Assembly: GCF_018398935.1 (NCBI RefSeq)
Contig: NZ_CP074694.1
Coordinates: 4,200,001-4,232,000 of the forward strand
Direction of reading: 5' to 3'
DNA: 32,000 bases
Origin: Telmatocola sphagniphila
GTDB lineage: Bacteria; Planctomycetota; Planctomycetia; Gemmatales; Gemmataceae
Shown: piece after piece, positions 16,488 through 24,553 of the stretch
How positions within the stretch are numbered: the first letter of the stretch is position 1
Layout of the letters: every line of letters begins with the position of its first letter
Made by a program: the position numbers and the translations under genes
Notes under the pieces: generated by a model
Seen by the model: the letters and a program-made list of their open reading frames with translations, nothing else
Database searches by the model: none
What the model was told of the DNA's origin: nothing

Positions 16488-17489
16488 ATGAGCAGACGTA
16501 CCATTTCCACCTTGCGCGATGGAGATTCCGTCGACGAAGTTTTTCTCGCTACCGACAAACAGCTTCGCAATAACCGCAACGGACAATCTTTCATTCAAGT
16601 CACGATCCAGGATCGTTCCGGGAATTTGACCGGTCGGGTTTGGAATGCCGGGGAAGCTCTCTTTCGAACCTTCGAAATCGGGGAATATATCCGGGTTAAG
16701 GGTAAAGCGCAGTTGTTCCAGGGTGCCCTGCAACTGATCGTCAACAACATCGAGAAGATCGACTCTTCAGGTGTGAATCTCGCCGATTTTCTACCGCGTA
16801 CCGAACAGGACATCACCAAACTGTTCGAGCGTTTGCGCGGCTATCTGATGAAGCTGACCAACCCCTATCTGAAATCGCTGGCCCAGTGTTATCTGATGGA
16901 CGACAAGTTCGTCGCTGCATTCTGCCAGGCCCCAGCCGGGGTGAAAGTCCACCACGCCTATGTAGGCGGTCTTCTCGAACACGTCACCACCATGATGGAT
17001 GTGGCCGACCGGATTCTGCCCTTTTATCCCGACGTGAATCGCGACCTTCTGATGATCGGCGTTTTTCTGCACGACACCGGTAAGATTCGCGAATTGACCT
17101 ATGAAAGCGCATTCAATTATTCGGATGAAGGCCAGTTGCTAGGCCACATGAACATCGGCATTGAAATGCTGAAACACTATGAGGGGCAGGTTAAATCTCT
17201 GCTGGGCGAGAATATGCCCGAAGATCTATCGGTACGGCTGAAACATATGATAATCAGCCATCACGGCACGGCTGAATTCGGAAGTCCGAAGATTCCCATG
17301 ACCCCGGAAGCCGTCGCTCTGCATGCCATCGACAGTCTGGATAGCCGAATCCACATAACGGTTCGGGAGATCAAGGACGATGTGATAAGCAATTCGAACT
17401 GGACACCCTACAACGCCGCGCTGCAGCGTAAACTATATAAGGGGCCGAAGCCGAAAAATGGCACTCCGGCCCAGGAAGACGAAGATTAA
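16488..17489 (+). CDS. yhaM: OB-fold + HD-domain 3'-5' exoribonuclease, YhaM family
   Basis: ATG 16488 (AAGGA SD), internal to track ORF 16320-17489. OB fold region NGQSFIQVTIQDRSGNLTGRVWN...RVKGKAQLFQGALQL. HD region HHAYVGGLLEHV...GVFLHDTGKIREL...GHMNIG...ISHHGTAEFGSPKIPMTPEA..LHAIDSLDS. It aligns by eye along the whole length with B. subtilis YhaM. Confidence 0.88.
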   Translation: MSRRTISTLRDGDSVDEVFLATDKQLRNNRNGQSFIQVTIQDRSGNLTGRVWNAGEALFRTFEIGEYIRVKGKAQLFQGALQLIVNNIEKIDSSGVNLADFLPRTEQDITKLFERLRGYLMKLTNPYLKSLAQCYLMDDKFVAAFCQAPAGVKVHHAYVGGLLEHVTTMMDVADRILPFYPDVNRDLLMIGVFLHDTGKIRELTYESAFNYSDEGQLLGHMNIGIEMLKHYEGQVKSLLGENMPEDLSVRLKHMIISHHGTAEFGSPKIPMTPEAVALHAIDSLDSRIHITVREIKDDVISNSNWTPYNAALQRKLYKGPKPKNGTPAQEDED

Positions 17490-17503
17490 TTCTTCGCAAA
17501 AAT

Positions 17504-17553
17504 CGGAGCACTGTAAATAAGCCCGCGAACCTCTTCCGACCGGGCTGGCTCCG
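17504..17553 (+). promoter_or_regulatory. nested stem-loop in the yhaM-rnr intergenic region
   Basis: Outer stem CGGAGC (17504-17509) / GCTCCG (17548-17553). Inner stem AGCCCG (17520-17525) / CGGGCT (17541-17546). No U-run follows. It ends 7 nt before the rnr ATG at 17561. Confidence 0.3.
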
Positions 17554-17560
17554 TTAGGAT

Positions 17561-19684
17561 ATGCTCATGTCTTTGAAATCGGATATTTTGTACCACTTGA
17601 AAAAGATGAAATCGGCCACGGTAAAAGGCCTGGCCCACGAGATGGAAGTCTCCGCTGGCGAAAAGAGAGAATTCAAAAACGCTCTTCAGACACTTCTCCA
17701 AGAAAAGAAAATTGACCTCGGACCGGGGGATCTGCTCACCCTGACGAAAATCCCCGTCGAAGATCGAACCGGACTGTTTCGCAAGCTGCCCAGCGGCCAC
17801 GGTATCGTCACGATGCCGGCCAAGCCCGAGCGCGATCCAGTCGAATGGTTCATCAAACGAGAAGATACTCTCTCGGCCATCACGGGGGATACGGTGATGA
17901 TCGCCCCGGCGAAGTCCCGGCGAGATCTGCAGGGAGCCAGCGAGCGGGCCGTTGTCGTTAAGATTGTTACCCACGGTAAAAAGACTTTCGTGGGAACCTA
18001 TATCGAGAAAAACGATAGACCACTCGTCCGCATCGATGAAGATCAATTCGAAAGATCGGTTCTGGTTAAAGAATCGCTTCCCGATCTACTTCCCAAAGAT
18101 CGCGTCTGGATCGAAGTCCTGGAATTTCCCACCGACAACGCCCGCGGTTCGTGTCGAATCCTGGAGAAACTCGGCGAGGCCGGGGATATCAACACCGAAG
18201 AGCGGGCACTATTGCGCAATCTCGGCATCTCGGAAACGTTTCCTCCAGAGGTTCTGTCCGAGGCGCAGCGAATAGCCGCGGAGTTCGATGAATCGATCAA
18301 GCCGGGCCGTGAGGATTTCACTCAGGATCTGGTTATTACGATCGATCCTAAGGATGCCAAGGATCACGACGATGCGGTCAGTTTGACTGTCGATCTCACC
18401 ACGCAGCACCGGATCCTGACGGTACATATCGCGGACGTCAGCTATTTCGTATCTCCCGGCGGGCCTCTGGATACCGAAGCTCGCAAACGCGGCACCAGTG
18501 TTTACCTGCCGATGCGGGCGATACCGATGTTTCCGGAACTCATTTCGAATCATGTGGCCAGCCTGAAAGAGGGCGTGACTCGATACGTCAAAACCGTGCA
18601 AATCGAATACAACGCCGCCGGGGCGCGAATCTCGACCCGTTTCGCAAACGGGGTGATAAAAGTTCGGAAGCGATTCAACTACGACGAAGTCCAATCATTC
18701 ATCGAAGCTCAGCCGGTCGATTGGCCGGAGGATATGCAACAGGCAGTCCGGGAGATGCACCGATTCTCTCGAATACTGCGCGAGCGACGATTCCAGCGCG
18801 GCAGTCTCGAATTGCAGATGCCAGAGGTGCGCCTGGGCTACAACCGCGACGGAGAAATTACCGGTGCGAATTTCACTCAGTCCAACGCCAGCCATCAACT
18901 GATCGAAGAATTCATGCTGGCGGCCAACGAAGCGGTGGCGGGCCATTTTCGACAACTGGATGTCCCGTTCCTTCGCCGGATTCACCCTTCGCCACTCCCG
19001 CAAAAGCTGGAGTCGTTTGCCGAGTTCGCTCGCTCGCTGGGATTCAAGATTCAGAATCCGACGAGCCGGTTTGAACTCCAGAAACTGCTGGAGGAGAGTT
19101 CTAAAACGGAGCATCGCCACTCGGTCCATTTCGCATTTCTGCGCAGTTTAAAACAAGCAGTTTATTCCCCCGATCGGGAAGGCCATTTCGCTCTGGCGAG
19201 TGAAGATTACTGCCACTTTACATCCCCGATTCGAAGGTATCCCGATTTGACGGTGCATCGACTTTTGAATCAGTGGATCAAAAAGGGGCGGATCAGCTAT
19301 CAGGCCGACGAATTGAAAGCTTTGGGCGAATTGTGCAGTAAGCGGGAGCGTCTGGCCGAGGAGGCCGAGCGCGGTGCCGTGGAACTGCGGCTGAAAGAAT
19401 TCGTCCGCAAGAATTTCGGTCTGGAATTCGATGCGAAGATCACCGGCGTCATCGAACGGGGCTTTTTCGCACAGGGAAATACGATTCCCATTGAAGGGTT
19501 CGTTTCGGCGGAGGAATTCAAGGGCATCCACTTCGACTACGACCCGGCCATGCACACCTTGCAGGGTCGGCAGTCACGTCTCTCGTTCCGCCTCGGCCAA
19601 CCCGTGCGGGTGAAGTTGATGGGGATTGAAGAAGAGCGGGACAGAATCCGCTTGAAGTGGGTAAAAAGAGTCGTTGAAGAATAG
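17561..19684 (+). CDS. rnr: ribonuclease R (RNase II/R family 3'-5' exoribonuclease)
   Basis: 707 aa. RNB motif I ITIDPKDAKDHDDAVS. YLPMRAIPMFPE. HFALASEDYCHFTSPIRRYPDLTVHR. C-terminal S1 domain FDAKITGVIERGFFAQ...VRVKLMGIEEERDRIRL. The start could instead be the third codon, ATG at 17567. Confidence 0.95.
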   Translation: MLMSLKSDILYHLKKMKSATVKGLAHEMEVSAGEKREFKNALQTLLQEKKIDLGPGDLLTLTKIPVEDRTGLFRKLPSGHGIVTMPAKPERDPVEWFIKREDTLSAITGDTVMIAPAKSRRDLQGASERAVVVKIVTHGKKTFVGTYIEKNDRPLVRIDEDQFERSVLVKESLPDLLPKDRVWIEVLEFPTDNARGSCRILEKLGEAGDINTEERALLRNLGISETFPPEVLSEAQRIAAEFDESIKPGREDFTQDLVITIDPKDAKDHDDAVSLTVDLTTQHRILTVHIADVSYFVSPGGPLDTEARKRGTSVYLPMRAIPMFPELISNHVASLKEGVTRYVKTVQIEYNAAGARISTRFANGVIKVRKRFNYDEVQSFIEAQPVDWPEDMQQAVREMHRFSRILRERRFQRGSLELQMPEVRLGYNRDGEITGANFTQSNASHQLIEEFMLAANEAVAGHFRQLDVPFLRRIHPSPLPQKLESFAEFARSLGFKIQNPTSRFELQKLLEESSKTEHRHSVHFAFLRSLKQAVYSPDREGHFALASEDYCHFTSPIRRYPDLTVHRLLNQWIKKGRISYQADELKALGELCSKRERLAEEAERGAVELRLKEFVRKNFGLEFDAKITGVIERGFFAQGNTIPIEGFVSAEEFKGIHFDYDPAMHTLQGRQSRLSFRLGQPVRVKLMGIEEERDRIRLKWVKRVVEE

Positions 19685-19690
19685 TCTCGC

Positions 19691-20143
19691 TCAGACGGGT
19701 TCGTTTCTCAGCACGCGAAAACCAAAGCCCTCCAGATCGATCATATCCACTTTGCCCCCTTCACCGTTGATATCCGAACCCGATTCGATCATCAGTCGTA
19801 CAAAGCACCAGATATGGGCGGCCTCGCCGTTGTGATCGTAGCCGTTGGCGTCGGTGTCGGATTCGATCAGCCAGTACCAACTCCTTCGGTCGGTCCCCGA
19901 ATCGGTCGCTTCCTCTTGCCAACCTTTTAACGTTCTTTCGACAGCTTCCCGCGCAAGCTTCCAGACCTTGTCCGTTTTGATTTCGATGGAAAGTTCGTCG
20001 GGGGTTTGAGTAAATTCCGTTCCGGGAAGCAGGCGAATCGCTTCGAACAGGCGATGCTCGATGGCCATGCAGCGCCAGGGTGACCAAAGGTAAAAAGTGA
20101 TGCCCTTGGTAATGAAGGTCATGCCGTAAAGATTGATGTTCAT
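19691..20143 (-). CDS. hypothetical acidic Trp-rich protein
   Basis: 150-aa ORF with AAAGG 8 nt upstream of the ATG at 20143. No recognisable family. Convergent with rnr, 6-nt gap. Confidence 0.55.
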   Translation of the reverse strand: MNINLYGMTFITKGITFYLWSPWRCMAIEHRLFEAIRLLPGTEFTQTPDELSIEIKTDKVWKLAREAVERTLKGWQEEATDSGTDRRSWYWLIESDTDANGYDHNGEAAHIWCFVRLMIESGSDINGEGGKVDMIDLEGFGFRVLRNEPV

Positions 20144-20376
20144 TGATGAACCTTTGATGAATTTCCCCTCATGTCAGATTATGAAATTTTCGGATGAGTT
20201 GCCGTTCGCGGTCGAATCCGATTAACCAGAAGGAAGGAATTTATTTGGATCGCGTTCAGGACGTACCGCATTTCGACCGCCCAAAATGCCAGACGAGTCT
20301 AGCCCGAACCGTTCCAGATAGGATCATTTCTTTTGAGAAAACCGCGTAAGGAAGCCATCTGCCCGGCCGAGGATCC

Positions 20377-21834
20377 ATGGAGCCTGCATCGAACCGTCTA
20401 CGCCTCTCCGTCATGATGTTCGGGTTATATCTGATCGTCGGCGCCTGGGCGGTTACCCTGGCGACTTACCTGATCAGTTCGCCTCTACTGGGTGGGCTCA
20501 GTTTTTCCGCCAAGTACGTCAGCTGGATTTACAACACTTGGGCCTTCGGCGGGCTACTCGCCCCCATCTTCATCGGTCTGTTGGCCGATCGACTTTTTGC
20601 CGTTCAGAGGTTATTGGCTCTCTTCAGCTTTCTGGGAGGAGCATTGCTGATTTTCGTCGCCTTGTGGTGCGAATCGCAACAGGCGAACATTGAATCCATC
20701 TATCGAGATTTAACGCAGGCCATCACCATCGAAAATCGCCCGATGCTCGATCTGCAGATGGAAATGCTCGCCGATCCGCAGGCGCTGGATCCGGAACTGA
20801 AACAGAAATTGATTGCGGAACAGAGGAACTTACTCGAGGACCCGCGACTGAGCGAAACAGTCGATCACGCTTTTTATACCCTCTTTGGGCTGATGTTCTG
20901 CTATTGCTTCTGCTGCATCATGACTATCGGCTGCAGTAACGTGATGGGCTTTCGCAATCTGGCGGAACCGCAGAAAAACTACGGCCGAATTCGGCTGTTC
21001 GGCACTGTGGGGTGGATTTTCGCCGGGCTGATAGTTGCGTTCAGCGGCACGGCCATCTCGCATTTTCCGCTCTTCTTTGCAGCGGGCCTATCGTTCGTCA
21101 TGGGCGTTTACCATTTGACACTCCCGCACACTCCCCCTCTGGGTCAAGGCAAAACCTTGGGCGAAGCTTTTGGCCTCCCCGCCCTGCAATTGTTTCGCGA
21201 ACGACCGTTTCGCATACTGCTGGGCAGCGTGTTTCTGATGTCGATGGTCCAGCAGTTTTATGGGGTATACGCCAATAAATTCCTGAACGATCTGCACCTT
21301 CCCAGGCCGGCGGGTTTTCAAACCATCGCCCAGGTCGGTGAAGTCTTGTGCATGGCCATCCTGCCTTGGGTAGTCGATCACTGGGGGATGCGAAAAACCA
21401 TGCTGGCGGGACTACTGGGTTGGACGCTCCGCAATGCGCTGTTCAGCACCTGCGAAGTCTCCATTGTTTCCTTCGTCGGACTGCCTATTCATGGTTTGAG
21501 CTTCGCCTTCTTCTTCGTCACCGCCATGATCTACGTGGATCGACAGGCCCCTCGAAAACTGCGAGCCAGCAGCCAGGGCATCTTTACATTCATTTCTAGC
21601 GGTATGGGCGTCCTTTCCGGAAACATGCTGGCGGCCTGGGTGGTGAAGTTGAATACCCAGGGGGAAATGATCAATTGGCAACCGGTGTGGGTCGTCCCCA
21701 TGCTGATGAGTGCCGGGGTTCTCGTCTTTTTCTGGATCGGTTTTCGGCCGCAGCTCGACAAAGTGCATCTGGAACCGGGAGAAGCGGGGAAACATTTGGT
21801 CGAGGATATCGAGGAACTCGCCAGCGCCAGTTGA
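20377..21834 (+). CDS. MFS transporter, nucleoside:H+ symporter (NupG/YegT-like) family, with large hydrophilic loop insertion
   Basis: 485 aa with about 12 hydrophobic segments. N-terminus RLRLSVMMFGLYLIVGAWAVTLATYL resembles the NupG/XapB/YegT N-terminus. A ~65-aa hydrophilic insert lies between TM3 and TM4 (20668-20868). Confidence 0.8.
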   Translation: MEPASNRLRLSVMMFGLYLIVGAWAVTLATYLISSPLLGGLSFSAKYVSWIYNTWAFGGLLAPIFIGLLADRLFAVQRLLALFSFLGGALLIFVALWCESQQANIESIYRDLTQAITIENRPMLDLQMEMLADPQALDPELKQKLIAEQRNLLEDPRLSETVDHAFYTLFGLMFCYCFCCIMTIGCSNVMGFRNLAEPQKNYGRIRLFGTVGWIFAGLIVAFSGTAISHFPLFFAAGLSFVMGVYHLTLPHTPPLGQGKTLGEAFGLPALQLFRERPFRILLGSVFLMSMVQQFYGVYANKFLNDLHLPRPAGFQTIAQVGEVLCMAILPWVVDHWGMRKTMLAGLLGWTLRNALFSTCEVSIVSFVGLPIHGLSFAFFFVTAMIYVDRQAPRKLRASSQGIFTFISSGMGVLSGNMLAAWVVKLNTQGEMINWQPVWVVPMLMSAGVLVFFWIGFRPQLDKVHLEPGEAGKHLVEDIEELASAS

Positions 21835-21887
21835 TATAACTCCGAAAGGCAGTGAAAAACTTTCGCTCTGGATAAAGGCGAACGAAG

Positions 21888-22685
21888 ATGTGGCAAAATC
21901 CCGTCAAAAAAGCTCTGAAAGAAGGTAAAGCGTCGGTCGGCACCTGGCTATCGCTCGGTAATGTGGCCGCCGCCCGCTTTATGGCACGGACGGGCTTCGA
22001 CTGGCTGAATGTTGACATCGAACACAGCATGGTGGGCATCGAAAACACGGTCAACATCTTCGCCACCTGCGCCGACATCGGCTTCCCCTGCTTTGCCCGA
22101 GTTCCGAGCAATCGGCACGATCATATTAAGCGAGTGTTGGACAACGGAGCGCACGGCGTGGTGGTTCCCATGGTCAACAGCCGGGAGGAAGCGGTCTCGG
22201 CCGTGGCGGCCATGCATTATCCGCCTTTGGGAAACCGTTCCGTCGGCGGCGGTGTGCACGCTTTGAATTTTCACACCACGGCCACCGAATATTATGCCAA
22301 AGTGAACCAGGAACTCTTGGTCGTGCTCCAGTGCGAACACATACTAGCCGTCGAGAACGCGGACAATATTTTTTCGGTGCCCGGTATCGACGCTATCTTC
22401 GTCGGCCCCAATGACTTAGCGGCCAGCATGCGGACGAAAGAGGGAACGCTGCCTGCACCGAAAGCATTTGAAGAGGCTTTGCAGCATATTCTCAAGAGCT
22501 GCCAGAAAAACAAGGTGGCTCCGGGAATTCACTGCGGCACGGCCGAGGAAGCTCGCAGGAGAATCGATGAAGGATGGCAGTTTATCGCGATTGCCAGTGA
22601 ATTGAAGATGATGCTGGATGGGGCGAAATCGACTCTAACGCAACTCGGAAGCCAACGAGCCAAGTCGGACTTGGCCCGCTATTAG
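21888..22685 (+). CDS. HpcH/HpaI-family 2-keto-3-deoxy-acid aldolase
   Basis: 265 aa. GTWLSLGNVAAARFMARTGFDWLNVDIEHS, ARVPSN....IKRVLDNGAHGVVVPMV and IDAIFVGPNDLAASM match the HpcH/HpaI aldolase fold pattern. Confidence 0.88.
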   Translation: MWQNPVKKALKEGKASVGTWLSLGNVAAARFMARTGFDWLNVDIEHSMVGIENTVNIFATCADIGFPCFARVPSNRHDHIKRVLDNGAHGVVVPMVNSREEAVSAVAAMHYPPLGNRSVGGGVHALNFHTTATEYYAKVNQELLVVLQCEHILAVENADNIFSVPGIDAIFVGPNDLAASMRTKEGTLPAPKAFEEALQHILKSCQKNKVAPGIHCGTAEEARRRIDEGWQFIAIASELKMMLDGAKSTLTQLGSQRAKSDLARY

Positions 22686-22687
22686 GC

Positions 22688-23644
22688 TTACTGCGTGAAA
22701 ACGCCCATCTTGCGGAATTTCTCGTAACGCTCGGTCATCAGCACATCGAGCGGTTTGCGAATCAAGGAGCGCAAACTCCTGGTCAGGTAGCTTTTAAGAA
22801 TATTGGCCATCTCCCGGGGGTTGCGATGCGCGCCCCCCAGTGGCTCATCGATCACATCGTCAACGACCCCCAGTTTGTGAAGATGGCCCGAGGTTAATTT
22901 CAGGGCATCGGCCGCAAGGGGTTTGGTCTGTTCGTTAGCCACTTTCCAGAGAATGCCCGCACACCCTTCCGGCGAAATGACCGAATAGTAAGCGTGCTCC
23001 AGCATGGAAACCCGGTCGCCGACGCCGATACCCAGCGCTCCGCCGGAGCCCCCTTCCCCAATGACGATGCAGATGATGGGCGTTTCGATCCGAGACATTT
23101 CCAGAATACTGGTGGCAATCAGCAGGGCCTGACCGCGCTCTTCCGCGCCGATGCCGGGGAATGCTCCCGGTGTATCGATCAGGCAGATGATCGGAATTCG
23201 ATATTTGGCGGCCAGCTTCATTTTCGAAAGGGCTTTGCGATAGCCTTCCGGATGAGCACAGCCGTAAAAGCAGGTTTGTCGCTCCTTGAGCGTTTTTCCT
23301 TTCTGATGCCCGATCAGCATGACTTTCTGTCCGCCGATGCGGGCGAAGCCGGTGCGAAGAGCCCGGTCGTCGCCAAAAGCCCGATCCCCATGAAGCTCGA
23401 CGAATTCATCGAAAATCATGTTGGTGTAATCGACGGTTTGCGGTCGGTTAGGGTGCCGGGAGACGAGCACGGTTTCCCAGGCCGATAGGCTGGCGTACTT
23501 CTGTTTCAGCAGACCATCGAGTTCTTTGCGAATGCGCCGAATTTCGGTGGTCTGGGCCGGATCCGCCGCCTGTTCCAGACGAGAAAGGGCCTGCTCCAGC
23601 GCGTGAATGTCGTTTTCGAACGGTAAGGGTGCGGGTATGCTCAT
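22688..23644 (-). CDS. accA: acetyl-CoA carboxylase carboxyltransferase alpha subunit
   Basis: 318 aa. LDFE-type N-terminus (LPFENDIHALEQ), HPNRPQTVDY, IDTPGAFPGIGAEERGQ, GEGGSGGALGIGVGDRV. Confidence 0.95.
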   Translation of the reverse strand: MSIPAPLPFENDIHALEQALSRLEQAADPAQTTEIRRIRKELDGLLKQKYASLSAWETVLVSRHPNRPQTVDYTNMIFDEFVELHGDRAFGDDRALRTGFARIGGQKVMLIGHQKGKTLKERQTCFYGCAHPEGYRKALSKMKLAAKYRIPIICLIDTPGAFPGIGAEERGQALLIATSILEMSRIETPIICIVIGEGGSGGALGIGVGDRVSMLEHAYYSVISPEGCAGILWKVANEQTKPLAADALKLTSGHLHKLGVVDDVIDEPLGGAHRNPREMANILKSYLTRSLRSLIRKPLDVLMTERYEKFRKMGVFTQ

Positions 23645-23656
23645 TGCGAAATTCTA

Positions 23657-24523
23657 TTAATACTCTTCCTGGGTCTTCACCTGCGACTTGAAAATGCGAA
23701 TCTTCCGGAATTCCATAAGAACTTCGTGCATGGTGGAAGGGCGTTTATCGCGCTCCTTCTGCATCATTCGCAGGATCAGGCCAGCCGCCTCATCAGTAAT
23801 ATCATTGTTATGATATTGGACGGAGTCGGGTTTCTGATAGACGACCTTGTTCATCAGGTCGTTTGTATTCATTCCCGTGAAGGGTTTCTTAAACGTCAGC
23901 AACTCATAACAGGTGGTTCCGAAACTGTAAACGTCGGCTCGGGGATCGATTAATTCTCCCTTCAACTGCTCGGGCGACATAAAACTGGGCGTTCCCTGAG
24001 CCTTCCTTCTTCGATGGAACGTTCTTGCAAAAAAGCCTTTTTTCCACCTCTTCGAAATGGCGAAATCAATTAGCTTCAAATCTCCCGCGGCGTTCACCAG
24101 AATATTATCCGGCTTCACGTCGCAGTGAATCCAGCCATTGCCGTGCATGTACGCCAGTCCCGTGGCGCATTGCTTGAAGATTTTCGCGGCATGTTCCTTG
24201 ATGAAATCCCGGTCTTTATCGAAGAGCCTCTTGCGGAGACTGCCGGAGGGGAAATATTCCATGATGAAAAACGGATTGGTCATCGACTTGTCCGTCTTCA
24301 CGATTCGGATGATATTCTCGTGGCGGAGCTTGATGCCGATTTCCGCCTCGTGAAACAGAACACGGCGCTGCTCCTGATCGTCGGCGCGTTCCGGCAACAG
24401 GACTTTCATGGCGAAGTGGCGGTTGCTTTGCGGTTCGACGACTTCGAAGACCTGGGAAACCTGCCCGGTCTGAAGCAGCGAACGCAACTTGTAACCGCTG
24501 ATCATCTCATTGATTTCGGCCAT
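23657..24523 (-). CDS. minimal Hanks-type Ser/Thr protein kinase (kinase domain only, atypical motifs)
   Basis: 288 aa. Lys in FAMKVL. Catalytic loop HCDVKPDNILV. DFA instead of DFG. GTPSFMSPE. The glycine loop is reduced to QTGQVSQV. GGGAGAAG SD. Confidence 0.9.
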   Translation of the reverse strand: MAEINEMISGYKLRSLLQTGQVSQVFEVVEPQSNRHFAMKVLLPERADDQEQRRVLFHEAEIGIKLRHENIIRIVKTDKSMTNPFFIMEYFPSGSLRKRLFDKDRDFIKEHAAKIFKQCATGLAYMHGNGWIHCDVKPDNILVNAAGDLKLIDFAISKRWKKGFFARTFHRRRKAQGTPSFMSPEQLKGELIDPRADVYSFGTTCYELLTFKKPFTGMNTNDLMNKVVYQKPDSVQYHNNDITDEAAGLILRMMQKERDKRPSTMHEVLMEFRKIRIFKSQVKTQEEY

Positions 24524-24553
24524 GTTGGCTTCTTCTCCCGTTATTGGCTTGTG

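Noticed and set aside
20190-20221. Hairpin TCGGAT...ATCCGA enclosing CCG-UUCG-CGG in the 233-nt region upstream of the MFS transporter; considered as a riboswitch or leader
   Set aside because: It is short, lies in a divergent promoter region with unknown strand of action, and I could not match it to any known riboswitch consensus. It could easily arise by chance.
21843-21865. 6-bp stem CGAAAG/CTTTCG between the MFS stop and the aldolase start
   Set aside because: There is no U-tract and the stem is short. It is insufficient to call a terminator or regulatory element.
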